DNA of 64,000 bases from Amoebophrya sp. A120 (Eukaryota; Protista; Dinoflagellata). The position numbers and the translations under genes were made by a program. The notes below the pieces were generated by a model. The model ran no database searches and had not been told where the DNA came from. It saw only the letters and a program-made list of their open reading frames with translations. Position 1 is the stretch's first letter, and every line of letters begins with the position of its first letter. The DNA is taken from assembly GCA_905178155.1 (NCBI GenBank), contig CAJINV010000003.1:579091-643090 (forward strand). Direction: 5' to 3'. Positions 1 to 14,700 of this stretch are shown here, piece by piece.

Positions 1-1406
1 CTACAACTTCATGGGCCGGCGTGAATATGGTCTGACTTCTTCGACGCGCAGCCTAGGGACGACCTTCATGTTGCTGCTTCAAGAACTTCTACTTCCCTGC
101 TGCGCTTCGAGTTCGAAATATCAACTGTGAGTCAACCTTGTCTTTTGTCGCGTCTTGTTTATTTTAGTGTGATCACGATCTTCACCTCCTTCTCTTCCGC
201 CATGTCCATGTACAAATTTTTGTTTCATCTTCGATCGGAATTGCTTATCAGCAATGTTGTATGCTGGGATAAAATCGAAATCGATGGTGCGTTGATGACG
301 ATCACGCTCGTTTCCGTATTTACTTTTGGGTATCTGACGAGGTCAAGTTTCTCTTTCCTGTTTCCTCTTAAAATCACATCTAACAAAACCAACGTATAAT
401 GCGTACCCCGAACAGACAGATTCCCGGCCGGCAGATTGTTATGACAGGCCCTGAACGTGAACAGAGAAGCATTTGCATGATTTCCCTGCTTCGCGACGAA
501 TACCCCTACACGAATAGGAGCTTTCCTTTCATTCTGTATGATTGTTTTTTGGCACTAGTAAAGCGATTGCTTCCCCTTTTGCGTCCTAAGTCTGTCAAGT
601 GAACAATTATGAATTCTTCCCCTTTGACCACCTTTATCCCCTCAACCCGTCCGAGACAGTTCCGGCTCCCCTGGTGGGCCTATCAATACGTGAGGCATTT
701 GCGGTATTGCGCCAAATCATTATCATGGCACTGTTTTCTGTGAGAAAAGTCGAAGAAGAAGAACACGAAGTCAACGACTCTGGAACAATATGACAAGATT
801 CGGTGAACAATACGTCATGCTGCATTCGTGTTCGTAATTTTCTCAATCGACATTGTGCTCGGCTCTCACTCCACCTGCCTATTATAAATATAGATCCCTT
901 TATTTTCGGCGCCGATAGATCTCTATTTGTGATCTTCTACTTCTTTCTCCGTTCTTTAGCATCAAGCTAGTATTCCGTTACAATCGAAGCAAGTTGTTCC
1001 GTTACAATCTTCATCTTCGTAGAACTTTTTTCCTTTTCCTTTTCGGTGGATCCAAGAATTCCCTTTGCTTTCCTATGGTCGTCTATTGTGTTCTATTTTT
1101 TTGAGTTTTCATACATTAAGTTCATGGACTCTCGTGACTAAGTGCCGCATCGCGGTTTTTCTTGCATAGACTCCGTACTTGGCGAAATTCTGACTCTGGC
1201 TCCGTGCCCTTCAATACCGTGGTGGTCTCACTCTAGTTTCTTGATTGGAATGTCTCTCGTGTATAGAGAGGGAAAAATCTTCTCGGATGATGTAGATGTT
1301 TTAGGTTCAACCTTTTCATACTTTGAAGGAATTGAAAGTTGTGTTTGGCTTTGGGTCATATTCATCTCTTGACCCCAAAAATCGGACAAATAAAAGTTTG
1401 ATTTGA

Positions 1407-4400
1407 ATGTTTCTGCCCGTGTTCTCGCAGTCGTCATTTTGGCAACGAAAGGGGATGGAGCTGCAGCAAGACTGCGAAAAGCAAGATCATCAGGAAAAAG
1501 CAACTACAAGTACTGGTCGTGACAACCAGAACAACTACATGGACGAGGCGGGGCTTCAACCTGTCAATATTTATTCGGGACCCGCTACAAATATCTCGGG
1601 TCAGGAAGTAGCTGCGCTAGTGCACGACGAGAACCAAAACGAGCTGGACGACGCTCTTGAAGCCTCTGCAGCAGACGTGGGGCGCGAGGACGAGAAGTCC
1701 GGACGACAGCACAAGCTCGCGAAGAACGAAGTTTTTGACGCAACACGTAAACGACCCGTGGCGTCCTCCTCTTTTCCCATTCGGAAAAAAGAACCGCGTG
1801 GTTGTGGAGGTGCACTACACGACGAAATAGGAGCGGTACAACCTACTTCAGAGGAACTGCAAGACAACCACGCCGCCCCCGGTCCTGCCCGTAGTTCGGA
1901 AGACGAGGCAGCGCCGTCGCTGTCGGGCGAAATTGGGTCGGACGTCGAGGACAATTTTGTGAAGCACTTGGTGCACGAAAACACGTATTGGCAGAAGAAG
2001 TATACGATAGCCAAGACCGTCTTCGAGCGCGAGGAGCAGAAGCGGAAGCGCGAGCAGGAAAAACGCAAAGCCGAGGAGGAAAAAAAACACGTAGAGGAGC
2101 AAAAGCGCAAGGAGGAAGAACTTCGGCGGAGAGAAGAAGAAAAGCAAAGACGGGAACAAGCGGAGGAGCAGAAACGGAAAGACCACGAGAAATTCTTGCA
2201 GAGGCAGGAAGAGGCCAGGCGTCTGGAGGAGGAAAGCAGACGTAAGGAGATGGAAGAGGAGTACCGGCGTCAGCAGGCAAAAATTCTGGAGAATGCGGCG
2301 GAAGAAAAGCGCAAAGACACCGAGGCGCTGCGATCGGAGCTCGAAGTGCAAAAGAAGCACGAGGAGAAGTTGCGATGCGAGTTGGAGGAAAAGACCAAGC
2401 ACGAGGAGGCTCTGCGACTCGAACTGAATTGGAAGAAGAAGTACGAGGAGACGCTGCGCAGCGAACTGGATCAAAAGCAAAAAGGAGAAGAAGCACTAAG
2501 GCTGGAAACGGACGCGAAAGTCAAAGAGGCCGAAGAAAAACGAAGACAGGAGGAGGAACGATGTCGGGAACTCGAGCGCAAGGTAGAATTTTCTTTGATA
2601 GAGATAGAGGACGCAACTAGATGTCAGTTTTCAGCAGTAAAAATCTTCGTCCATCTACAAAAAAACTTCAATTTTTTCTCTGACTCACGAAAAGCTGCTG
2701 GCTTTATTGCTCTTTTTTTATGTAGTAGATGTAGTGGTAGAAGATGATCCGTACTAGTACTTGATGCACTACAACAGTTACTTGAAATGGAGCGCGTGGC
2801 GAAGGACGCGCAGGAAGCTTTGGAAAAGCAAAAGCAAAACGCGATAAGCAAGACGAAAGTAGTAGGCGAGGAGTCAAGGTCAACTACAACAACCCCGCAG
2901 CAGGGAGTGACACAAAAATCACAAGTCCAGGTTGTGCCACTCACTCACGACGTGCTCGCACTGCATGATTCCTTTCAACAGCAAGGGCAACAGCGGGCGT
3001 CCACACGTCGAGACCACCGAGGAGATCGCCTTCATCAAACGCAGACCGTTGTAAGTCGGTCCGCTTCGCGCTGCCGTCAACATCATCCGAGAGACAAAGT
3101 TCCAGAGGATGGCGGTGGAACAATAAACCGCGGGAATGACAAGGATTTTCGATTTCGTCCAAAGATGCACCCGCTACCCCCAGCTGCGTTTCGTTTTCAA
3201 AGTTTGAAAACTGAAGAAACAAGGAGGACGTCGTGGTCACCAATCGCCGTGGAAAAGCCCTTCGAAGGTATCGACTGGAAAAAGGACGGAACAGCAAGAG
3301 CTGCAGAAAAAGATTTTTACTCGGACGAGGACGAGCAGATAAAAGACATAAACAAGGGCGGAGAAAAAAAAAACCTCACCGCAGCAGGGAAAATTGACAA
3401 ATCGACGGAATTGAATGAAGGTACTAGTAGAGCAGATGACCTCAAGCGCCAGGAGACTGCTGACGAGCGTTGTGCAGCGTTTGGCGCACGACACAGGACG
3501 TTGGATGACCCGACATCGACAGGACGTCGAGACGCAGGTAATATATAGAAGATCAAGATTTTGAACAAGATGGAGCTAATGATCGAGGCGAAGACGATGA
3601 ACGACCAGCAATTTTTTCTCTGTGGAACAAAATCGATCCGGAGAGATCGATTGGAATATAGTACGTAGGGTCCTGTCAACATCATTTTATACGAATTATC
3701 TCTCATTAAACTACAAGCAGGTTCTAGCGTCGCTATGGTCACCAAAGCGGAGGCTGTGGGCACCAGCAGGTCCGTAACAGAAAAAAAGGACACGGAAATT
3801 TGTTCTACGCCCCTGGCGACAGACCCTACACCGACAGCACCCCAGGAGCCGCAACAAGAACTGCCGCTTCCAAATACTTCTTGTACAGTCACGTTGCTAC
3901 AACTCGACAGCAGCATTTCTTCCTCACCGCTTTCTGCCGTAAAGCAACCACCACCGGCGGTGGCGGCAGGGGAGCTGAAGAAAGCACAGGCAGACGACAA
4001 GGACGTCGGAACGTCGATTCCGGCGGCCGCGAGCATTCACAGCCCTAATCATGTCGAAGACGCCGAGAATGCGACGCGAGAGCAGGTGGCTCAGGACCGG
4101 AAAAATACAACTTCCCTGTTCCTGCACAAGGAAAAGCAGCGTTTCAAGCAGGGTGAAGTGCAGCCTGCGTTGGTGGAAGTAGATGGTGGCACAAGGGGTC
4201 GTGGCAGTTCACTGTTGACAAAGTCGATCAAGCTGAAGCCACTGGATCGAGCAAGCTTCGTCGCCGGCAAAGAGACTCCTCGAATTAGTAACTACAAACA
4301 GTGCGAAGGTGAACTACGACCGACTTCGAAGTCGGAGGAGTCCCCGTTTCGCGCACTTGATCATGCGTCTTCAGTTCTGCGGCTGAAGAAGGCGAAGATG

Positions 4401-7400
4401 GACGAAAAGGAATCTACTGAAAAAGAACAAAATGTAGATGGTCTTCACACTGGCGGCGAGATCGAGATCGTTAAAGAGACTGGAGGACGAAGGATGATGC
4501 CAGGGCGGGGTGAACAAACGGGACCGAAGCTCCTGCAACAGGACAGCGAAAAAATAGCACGCTTAGAAGACGCTGGAGGTGCTGCCAGCAGTTTCTCTGT
4601 AGTTAATACTCCCGTAGCAGCGGGTGCTGTCTGCACAACAGTTGGAAATAAACTACACACGACCACAAATGCAGCAGGCGCAACTACGACTCCGCGTGGA
4701 AGCTGCAAGAGCGCCGAAGAGCGGAAAAAGTATAGCGTCGATCATTTGCTTCTCGATATGTCATCAACCCGCACACACGGATATTCGCATGTTGATGGTC
4801 CGCCGAAGACTAAAAATCCAGCAGCAGCAGCGTCTTCTACTTCATCTCCTAAAGGCGACAGCTACAAGAATGTTGACCAATCCCAAGCAACGTCGGTGAG
4901 AAATAGCAGGAAACAGGATCGCACGCCAGCGAGAAGAGGTGGAGTAACGAGAAATGGACAGTTTTTCTGTGGCGGCACCATCCCCGCTACGCCGTGCGTG
5001 ACTTCCAGAAGAGGAGATGGAAGGCAAAATAGTGGCGCTTTCTTCCCTACTACTACTTCGAATCATGACCACAAGGCGGGCAACCTGGTGAAGACGACCA
5101 ATCAAACCGCGGAATCTACTACTACTTGCAGTAGAAATAAGGCAGCTGCAGAAGTTGTACCAGGTGCGGCCGCCAATGCGAGGAACAAAAAATACACTAC
5201 TACTGGATTCCAGCAACACCGTGGACGAAATGAACATCAACAAAACCATCGCAATTATTCCTGTGCAGCGCCTTCAATATCGTCCCGCCGATTGCGAAGC
5301 CGGAGTCGTGAGCACCACCGCGGCCGTGACTACCGGCCCTCGCGTGGCGCTCCAGCGCGGAGCGAGGTGCGAAGTCGGCTGAGCAGGTACAGCAGGTCGA
5401 ATTGTCGGCAAGGCAACTACGGCTTCCGGCGTGACAGCAGAAGTAGACTCGGCGCGAAACACGATGATAGGAGGATGACTGGTCATGTTTCGACTTCCAA
5501 TCGTAACGGCTACCAGAGCCAAAGAAGTAGAGGAGAAGGGCCTCGAGCAGCGGCAGCATCGGTGTCAAGGAGTTGCAACTACTTTCGCAGCGGCCAGAAC
5601 TACTTTCGAAATCGCGCGCAGTCACACGCGACGAGTTTTTGCAATACAAGAAGCGCCAGCGTGGCTCCTCAGTCGGGCAGTAGACGAACAAATCAAAACC
5701 GCCACAGTCGTGGTTCCAGACCACACAGGGACAACTGCCACGCCTCCGTTTACGGAGCCGGAGCGGCGCTTGCCGGTGCAGGAGGTAAGGATGGACGGAG
5801 GAGCATGCGTACTACGGGGTACCCGACCCAAAGGAGGGCCGCGTCTATTTCTTCAAAGAACACCAAGCAGAGTCATCATGATTTGCGGAGGGAACAAGGT
5901 AAAATTTTGCACGGTATGAACATGTCGCGCCCTCCTCGTGACAGGTCCTGCAGACAGTATGTGGATGCTCGTCGATCACGGTCGCCCCCGCGCTGCAGAG
6001 AGCAACCTGGCAGCGTCCGGGCAGCACCGCACAGCCAGAATAAGAACCGCAACTCTTCTAGAGGCCGCGCGAAGATGAAGGAGCCGAGTGCGGCGCATCC
6101 TGTTGCGGAAGCGGAAGAACGGAAGCTGGATGAACCAGGAGAAATAAACGAATCCCGCCGGAGCAAAAGTCGTATGATTGCTAGACAAGCTCAACAAGCG
6201 ACGAGTTCTGTTCATTCTAAAATGAAACGACCTCCCGCAACATATCTAAAGGATCAAGATGAGCAGCACTTTGCAAATGAACAAAAACATGACCACGAAG
6301 GTCCTGGAAATACAAGTACAACTGCGGCAGAACCGAGAACAGCAGCAGGAATAACTGTCACGGGCGATGACCACGGTACCGGAGAGGCCGTTGTTGCAAC
6401 GGCAAGCGGTCCAGTAGATGGTGGCGTCGAGGCTCGTCGCCCACTAGGTTCAACATCAGCTGCGCGACATGGCAAAACTAGTACCCCGCAGTTGTTCGTC
6501 GTCGAGACGAACATCAACCTACAGGGGCCTGCTGCCAGCACCACCTCCGCGGCAGAGAAATTCAAAATACACTGGAACGCAAATAACGGAGCAGATGAAG
6601 AAGGGTCCTCGTCGTCGTCGTCTTCTTCCTCGTCGTCGGAGGACGAGGACCATGAAAACAAAAAAGAGAAGACGGTGCCCGTGCGCCTCAGAGACAACCT
6701 CGGCAGGTCTCGAGAAACGCGCAACGCCCAGCGTCGTGGTGTCGCTGGTGGTCTACTGCAACGCGGGGACGGTCGTGCTGCACCAAGTCCGGCTCGTGCT
6801 GCTCGTCGTGGTGAAAGTACTGCGCAAGGAAAAAATTTTCTGGAGAAGGCATCTCCTACGCCACATGCTTCTGATGTGTTTGGCACTTCATTGCCGAGCA
6901 GAGTCGCAGGCACGGCGCATGACAGAGTTGTAGAACCACGCCAGCGCCGTGAGCCGCGACAGTCAACGTTGAGAACAAACGCAGCACCAAGTTCCAGGAT
7001 AACTACAAACGACCAAGGCGTGGTCTATCAACAAAATAAGGGACCTCCACGCGAAGATCATGCGCAAAAAAAATCGCCTCTGCGTGGTAGTTGCCGTCAG
7101 AACGACCGGAATATTAGAAGCCCCAGTCGTGTGAGAACAAACTATTCGAAAGCACCAGCGGAGTATCTTGCTGGTGGCGGCGGCGGGGGGCGAGTTGGAA
7201 TAAGCAAACTAGGTGGCCAACGCGACCGCCCGCTTCCATACGAAAAAGTGAGCCCTGCCTCTCCGAGACACCAGACGCCTGGAGTGCTGGTCCGCCGTCT
7301 ACAGTCTGTTCGTCGTGGGCGGTCACGGTCCCGAGGAGGGCTTCTACAACGAGGGGGTCGTGGTTGTCCTGCCTCCCCGAGACACCAGACGCCTGGACTT

Positions 7401-10029
7401 CTGCGCCGCAAGCTAGTTTCCCTCAGTCGCGGTCGATCCCGAGGTCGGGAGGGTAGTAGCAGGAGGGAAGATCCTCATGCCGGTGCCGATGAACAAGAAA
7501 GAAAACGGAATTCTGTTCATCTTAACCATGGTTCTCGACAGAGTCGTGCGCCGTCTCGTGCCCCGGCGAAAGGCAAAGGCGGACCACGCCGGAGGGCCAC
7601 ACGGGGCGGTGCACCCATGGGCCCAATCAGAAGGTTCGAACTTGACCAAGAGCTGCAAGAAAGCGATCCGCCAGAGGAACGAAAGCCGCGGGACGCGGAC
7701 TTATCGCTCGGCCGCGGCCGTAGTATAGGAAGAGGCAAGCAAGTGGAGGTGTCCGCATACGACGCGTCAACGCCTCGATCCAGAAAACGAGCGCGCAGCA
7801 GGCAGTCGCAAGATCACATCAAGGACGCGGAAAACAAAGCCACGATTGTGGGGGATGATGTTTCTCCACGCAGGGAAAAGGAAAAGAACCCCCACAGCGA
7901 AATCGACACCGCTGGAAAAAAAGGAGGTACTCAGCTGATTTACTTCCTGCGTTTCGAAACATTTTTGCTTGCAGATTTCAGAAGATCATGAAGATGATGA
8001 CGGGACCCCAAGGGATTTGCAACTACCACAACTTGATCAGCCTTTGGGTTTCTTTATGCACGATAAAGAGAAAATTGACGAAAAAGAGAAAGACTTGTTC
8101 CATTTTGATGGCCATCATCAAGATATTTATGAATAGGTGCACTTGTCGGGCTCGGGGGGAACAAGCGGCAGCGACTGGCCGAGTCTGGCGACGACAGAAG
8201 TAAATCTCCCGGCAAGCAGGGGGCTTCTTTGCCGCTTAAGAAGAACAAGGCTCCTACACGAGCTCCGCAGCGGCCCTCCGCCAGCTCCTCCTCGTCGTCC
8301 TCCAGTGGCGGGGACGACAGCAGCAGCAGTGGCAGCTGCCAGGGTTCGCGTTCCTCATCATCCGAAGACGAGCGCCCACCCAAGGCGCCGCAGACGCGCA
8401 AAAAAAAGGTTGTTGAGGAACAGCCTGTTAATATCGCCAAGGAGAGTAGTAAGAGTAACCAATCGCGGTCTAGATCTAGAAAGCAAAAAGGAAGCAAAGG
8501 TAAAAATGCTATACCGGCGCATACGCTCGAGTTGGAGTTTTTTGATCGCCTTCAAATAAATTCGAAAATTTTCATTTACATTTTGCTTTATCGTAGCGTA
8601 TCTTTTGTCTCTCTCTCTATGATCTGATGAAGCGGCCGCATGTATGATATTGTGACGATTGACTCCACGAGCACGACTACACGCTCAAATAGGTGCAGTC
8701 GGGCAGCAGGCGGAGCCGAAGGCAGCGAGAAGTGGCGTTGCGGTGAAAGAACAAGAGGAGATGACCGGGCCGCTGCAACAGCAGCACTTACTGCCAAACT
8801 CGCAGCAGCCGCATTTTCTGCACCAGCAGCCTCAGCCCCACTATCTTATGCAGGTTTTGGTACCTGCTCCAGCAGCTAACGCGGCGGCAGCAGCCGCGCA
8901 AAGTGGAGGTGTTCACTACGCACTGCCTGTACAACCTGTGTCGGCACCTCCCGCTCTGCAGCAATCACAGAGCGACTCGGCGGGTGGTGCACCAGCGAGC
9001 TTCTTAGTAACGACGGGACATGCTGCCCCTGGTGGCCCACCGGGTGCTCCTGGAGCCTCTTCTACCGCCGCAATTCATCAAACGACGCAGCGTACTAGTT
9101 TTTCTACCCATCTAATACGATACCAAGTTTAACAACAAGTAAGCCTCGCAAGAACAATATTCCACCTTACGAATAACTGCAGCGTTCGCTTCTTGAGCAA
9201 AATGACAAATGAATCACATACACATACACATTTTGCGAATGATCGGTTCTCTTGTACTTACTTACACTTTACGTTTACTCGTTGTCATTTTTTTGCGTCC
9301 ATTGACATCTCATCTGCAAACTCCTTCTGTAACACAGAGCCAGCTCATGCGCAATGGACGACCTCCAATGGTCCTCCGACCATGCACGAGCGCTCTGCAA
9401 ACTCAGCAAGTAGCACTTCTCGTTGCGCGCCGCAGGCGGCAAGCAGTACCAGCGGACAGAGTAGAAACATGGTGGGTACATCAACTGGAGCAGGTAGCAC
9501 CAGATCTGGAGGAAGCAAAGCGCGGCGTGCCTCTGCTGGGTCTTCGCGGCAGAATGTCTCGTACCACAATGCGATGAGCGACCCCGTCACACAAAATTGC
9601 ATCGCCCGGTTTGGGAAGTACGCACTGGCCCACCGCACAGTCGTCGACAAATCTTTCATGCTCTTGGTACCATAGTAGCACAAGGACAAGAAGGATGTAT
9701 TGTTTTTGCATCAGGATTAGCAAACCACGACCGTACTACAATTCGACGCCTCGATTTTGTCTTCATTGTGTTTTAGTTTTTGATTGATGTCACTCATAAC
9801 ATTCACGAACTTCACCATTCCACTTCAGTTCCTGCAAAATCCGGAGCTCCACGAGCCGTTCTTCCAAAAGCTGCAGGCTGAGAGCCCGGAGGACCAAATC
9901 AAAACATCCCCGGCGGATCCGCAACGGTTCGACTTGAGCACGTTCTATCGCGAGTTGTGGATCGAATTGCTCGCGTCTCGACAAAAACAACAAATGGCCC
10001 AGCGCCAGCGATTCCAGCAGCAAGCGTAA
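1407..10029 (+). CDS. Large low-complexity hypothetical protein (~2,480 aa; E/K/R coiled-coil region, long R/S-rich disordered region), 7 exons
   Basis: The ORFs join in frame through six GT-AG introns: 2583-2777, 3538-3720, 7927-8136, 8500-8692, 9092-9337, 9667-9828. Spliced length 7434 nt is divisible by 3. No recognisable domain; true start uncertain. Confidence 0.6.
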
Positions 10030-11796
10030 GCATTGCTATTGGTGAAGAGCTGTCGTTCTTGAGCCGAATCGTGTTGGAGTAATCGAGCAACGCGAACATC
10101 AGAGCAATGATGAAAAGGAAAAGAACAGCTAGTAGTTGCTGCCTCTCATCAGACTTGAGCTCATTCAGGTGCCGCCACGACGGGTTTGCTACGCTCGCTC
10201 CTTGTTCTTCAGAAATGTCCTAATATGCCTTCAACATGTGGAAGCTCGTTCACGACAAAAGAAAACACCTAAAGAATATAGAAAAGTGGTCAAGAATTGT
10301 TGTCTGTATAGCTGGTTTTGGAAAAAATATTTATTTTGCAAGGTCCTGCATCGACAAGAACTTGATTTGTTGGAAAGTGAAGCCTGCTACCACTATTTGT
10401 ACCTAAATGTTCTTTTCTGTTCCGACTTGACTACATCTTCTACATCTACATATACAAAGACTTATGCTTATGCGGGTATGCACACACGGACTGAAATCTG
10501 TTGCCGTCATGCCCGTCCTTTTCGTACAAAGAGAAAAACAAATCTTAATATTTACTCCACGACCACTCCCTTGTTCGTTTATGAAGGTTAGTAGATCTAG
10601 AAGATTTTTGATATCATGTGGCTTTCTCGTGGCTGTCTGTTCACCGCCACGGGGAAAGTGATGATCTGTCTGTGGTCTGCAAAATTTCTCTGTGTTTTTG
10701 AACACAAAGAAGAAAACATACAGAACGTCTATGCGCTTGGCTCGGCTCGACAAGCGGAAGAGCCCGCCGGCGCGCTCAAACAAGTCGCCCCCCGCTGCTG
10801 CACGGGTGGCCCGGGCAACTCCAGGAACCTCGACCACCTCCTCTTGAGATGTTCGTCCAAATCACGAATACAGAGCGTTCTCCCACGGCTCTCTTGCTCG
10901 TCCGTACATCGCTGAGTGAATCGCTTTCTCGGGGACAGGATCAAACTCGGCTGAGCCTCACAAACTGTAGAAGGGCCATATAATGACAAAAAATTGGCGG
11001 GATCTTGTTGATCCAAGTTTTACCGGCCTGTAGGATAAATCACCAGGATCCGCTCCTGCTGCAAAAATGCCCGAGACTTTATTTCAGGGCTGACGTGATC
11101 TTGATCTCCTCTTGATCTTGAAAACAAAATCTAACCTGCAAACGAAGGTTCTTTCATCGCTTTCGATCGGATGAAAATGAAGTCCCGATTCAAACTTCAC
11201 GATCACGATGATGAATTATACAAGTTGGCAGGTCATGTCGCCACAGGTTAGCGATCAACGAGGAGCAACGCAAAAGAATTGAATCCGAGGAAAGAAGACT
11301 CTCCGGCCACCTTTATAGGCCTGGGGAGAAGAACTTCTTCCAGATTGATACACGCACCCGCTGCAACAGGTGCAAAAGATCAGAACCTCGCACAGCCAGG
11401 GGCTAGGTTCACTGATCAAAATCGGCCACCGAGTGCGACTCGAGTAATTTAGAAAAAACCGAGCCGGCCGGCTGTATACATTTCGAAAGTGCGCCAGTTT
11501 TTCCTTTTTTTTTTGGTTTTCACACAGTGACACTAATGAAACGCGAGAAGTGTGAATCAGTTTGGCCGTGATAAGCCCCACCCCCGAGAGTTATTTCTTC
11601 GCCTTCACCCTTTCCCAGTTCATAGCCCGACCCTTTTGCTTATTTGCCAGCCCCCCCCTGCCTCTTCGTATTTCAGTGCGTGAAGCCGTTTTGCCCTTGT
11701 TTTCGTGATTGACTTCGCCAACCCCCAATCCTATGGACATCGCCCCCCTAGACGGACAATTGTCCAGCCGACCACGCTAACAGAACTCGCAGAACT

Positions 11797-14700
11797 ATGG
11801 GGGAACTAAGTGGGCGCATTCTCTGGCCGGACAGGTGCGTCGTCTGTCAGTTTCGCAGACGGGAAACGGAGACGGGTTCTGACATCTGCAGGGTATGCAA
11901 CGGGTTCAGCACCGCCTGCGACAAATGCCAAACCCGTTACCCGGCCGGGTACTTCAACTTCCCCGACCGAATAAATGCCAAGGATTGCGCAAAACTCGCC
12001 GAGGCCCAGAAGTGGCCAAGCGCCGCGCCACCCGTCAGCCATCGCGGTTTCTTCCCGGTTTTGGAAGTCTTCGAAAGCCTTGCCGGCGGCCCTGAAGTGT
12101 CGCAGCTGGACAACCTCTGTCGGCCCTGTGCGATCCGTGCGAATGTTTTCGGCGCCGCGGAGTATCAGGACGCCCGCCCCGCGGAAGTCTTCGGCGAAAT
12201 GGTCCCCGAGTGGGCCCCATGTCGGTGGTGTGGCGCGCACGTTTATGAAGGAACCGAGGCAGCCTGGTGCCCGCAAACGAATGCGCAGAAATCCTGCAGC
12301 CTGTGCAACGATGGCGCCGAGGCTCTCGCTGCGGATTTTTGGGCGGACTTGATCGCCGGCCGCGAAGAGTATGTGAACGAATGGGAGGGGGTCCCGAAGG
12401 CCTCCGCCCGCTACGCGCGTGCCAGCGAGGCGGTGGCGCTGATGCGTTACCAATTCGAGCCGGCGAAGGTGCGGGCGCAAACGGGACAGCCGCGCAAGTA
12501 TATGGGAAGGCCAGCGGACTCCTTCCCACTCGGTTCGCAAATTTACTCGTATGGGACTGGGTTGTGGTGCCCGCAATACCTAACGAAGAGCCTGGGCATC
12601 CAGGTGGCCCTGGCAGTCGCGGGCGGCGGACGGGTTCCGAAAGCGCAAGAAAAAAAGGCGGCGCTGGACATGTTCCAACTGCTGGCGCGACCTCTTGGCG
12701 GACATCCAGTCTATAGCTCCCCAACGTTTCAGGAGTATCTGCACGACCCCGGGCCAGTCGCGGGCATCGGCCTTGAGCTCGATGGTGGAGGTATCTGTGG
12801 CGTGACGTACCGCACCGGCCCCGCACACCTGCAAGAGGGCAGCGAGGTCTTTTTTCCGACGTCTAGCGCCCACGACCTTGATGCGAAAAAACTTCTTCAA
12901 AAGCACAAAATCCTGACGCAGCTCTGGGAGAAGTTGCTGGGCGTGGAGTTCCCCGGTCTCTTTGTCAATGGCCTCAACCTTCCGCCGCACGTGACGACGA
13001 AGTTCTTCCTGCGGCAATATTTCGCCCGGCCGGAGATGACGTGCCCGGTTCTGTATGATCTCCATCAGACGCTTCTCCTGAGATTTTCTCTGAACCAACG
13101 GCAGCGCCAGATCCTCATGTTCCAGGCCGCTTTTCAAAAAAACAACCCGGGGAAGATTCCGCGACGCCTACCGGCAAACATTCCCGGATCAATGGAGGAG
13201 ATATCCCAGCAGCGTGGCAAGGCCTTCGCCATAATGCGGAAGCTAGGCGCGTGCGATTTGATGACCACCGCAACCCAGGCCGACGACACTCGTGAGCTGC
13301 AGGCCGAGGCAGCGCGGCGGCCCTGGGGCACGTGTGCCGTCCTCGATGAGCCTTGCCCGAGTGTTCGCGCCTTCCAGGCCAAGATGCAATTGCACGCGGA
13401 AAGTGTGACGCAGATTTACGGCGAATGCGCGGTCGTTTCATGGGGAAAGGAGCCGCAGCCAACATCCGGACGGCCGCATCAGCACATGCTGACCTGGTTT
13501 GCTTCGCCGCTGCTGACCGCGACGGGTTTCGATGAATTCATCACGCGAAGCCGCGACTGGATCCCGGCCGAGTTCCCGGGTTGGAAGGAAACGGGCGACC
13601 GGGTCTTCTACCACCATCACGCGAAATCTTGCCTGCGGCCCGGCCACACACAGTGTCGCGCTTGGATTCCCGCCATCCTTGTGTCAGAGACGTTCCTGGA
13701 CGAACGCGGTTTCCTCCAGATCGAGACGCTTGAGGAAGATGTCTGCTATGTCGGGATCGATAAGAAGACCTTCTGCAGGTTCCGAGCCCATTGCCACGCG
13801 ACAGGCGTCGGCGGCGCGAACAGGGTGCGCTACGTCTTAAAGTATCCGTCGAAGCTTACGCCGGCCGTGAAGAAAAACAATCAAGCAAGCGGGTCGTGGC
13901 AGATGTTCGAGCAAGCCGAGGAGGTTTTCAATGAGGTCGAGGCGCTGCATGCGGCGCAGGTCCTTACTGCGTCAGAGGCCGCGGCCGATCTCTATGGCTT
14001 TAAGAGGTTCGGCACCCATGTGCCAGAAGGCACGATCCGCGTGGTTGTTGTCAGTCGGTGGCAAATCGAGCGCGCCCAGTTGTTTCACGGGCCTGCCCTG
14101 TCTACGGAGTTCGTCAACAACTGGCTGGACCGCCCCGAGAAGTATTTTTCTTGGTCCTTGGAACGTTTTACCCTTGGAACGGTCACGCGGTCCGACCGGG
14201 TGCTCGTGGAACGGTATGCGCGTTGGCATCCAGACATCAACGGCGAAGAGTTTCAGGCGGCAAACCGCTTGGGCGTCGTGCTGGAACTTGGGCAGCTGCG
14301 CGAGTTCGCGGACTTTGTGCGGGACAACTCGAAGACCATCCTTATGGCTGCCCAGATTTCACGCAAGGCCGAGAAAATCCTTGCAGAGCACCGCCCCAGG
14401 CTTGAGATCTGCCACATCAAGGGGAAGACCCACGAAGACACCTACTTGCTATGGTTGTGCGCCCTGCACCTCGTTGACCGCGCGGACGTGGTTGAGTATT
14501 TCACCGACCCAAACGCAAGTATGAAGCGCTGGAACTACCCCGCCCATCTCAAGCAGTTCGTCTTCCAAAATTTCCTGGAGGAGTTGAGCGAGCTACGGCC
14601 GCAGAGTGGGCTCCTACCCACGTTCGTGAAGTATTTCGCGAACTTCGACGCCGAGGCCCGGCGCGTGGCCTGGCAGTGGTTGGAAGATGAGCACAAATTC

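Noticed and set aside
1585-8555. Many long antisense and alternative-frame ORFs
   Set aside because: Shadow ORFs of GC-rich low-complexity coding sequence.
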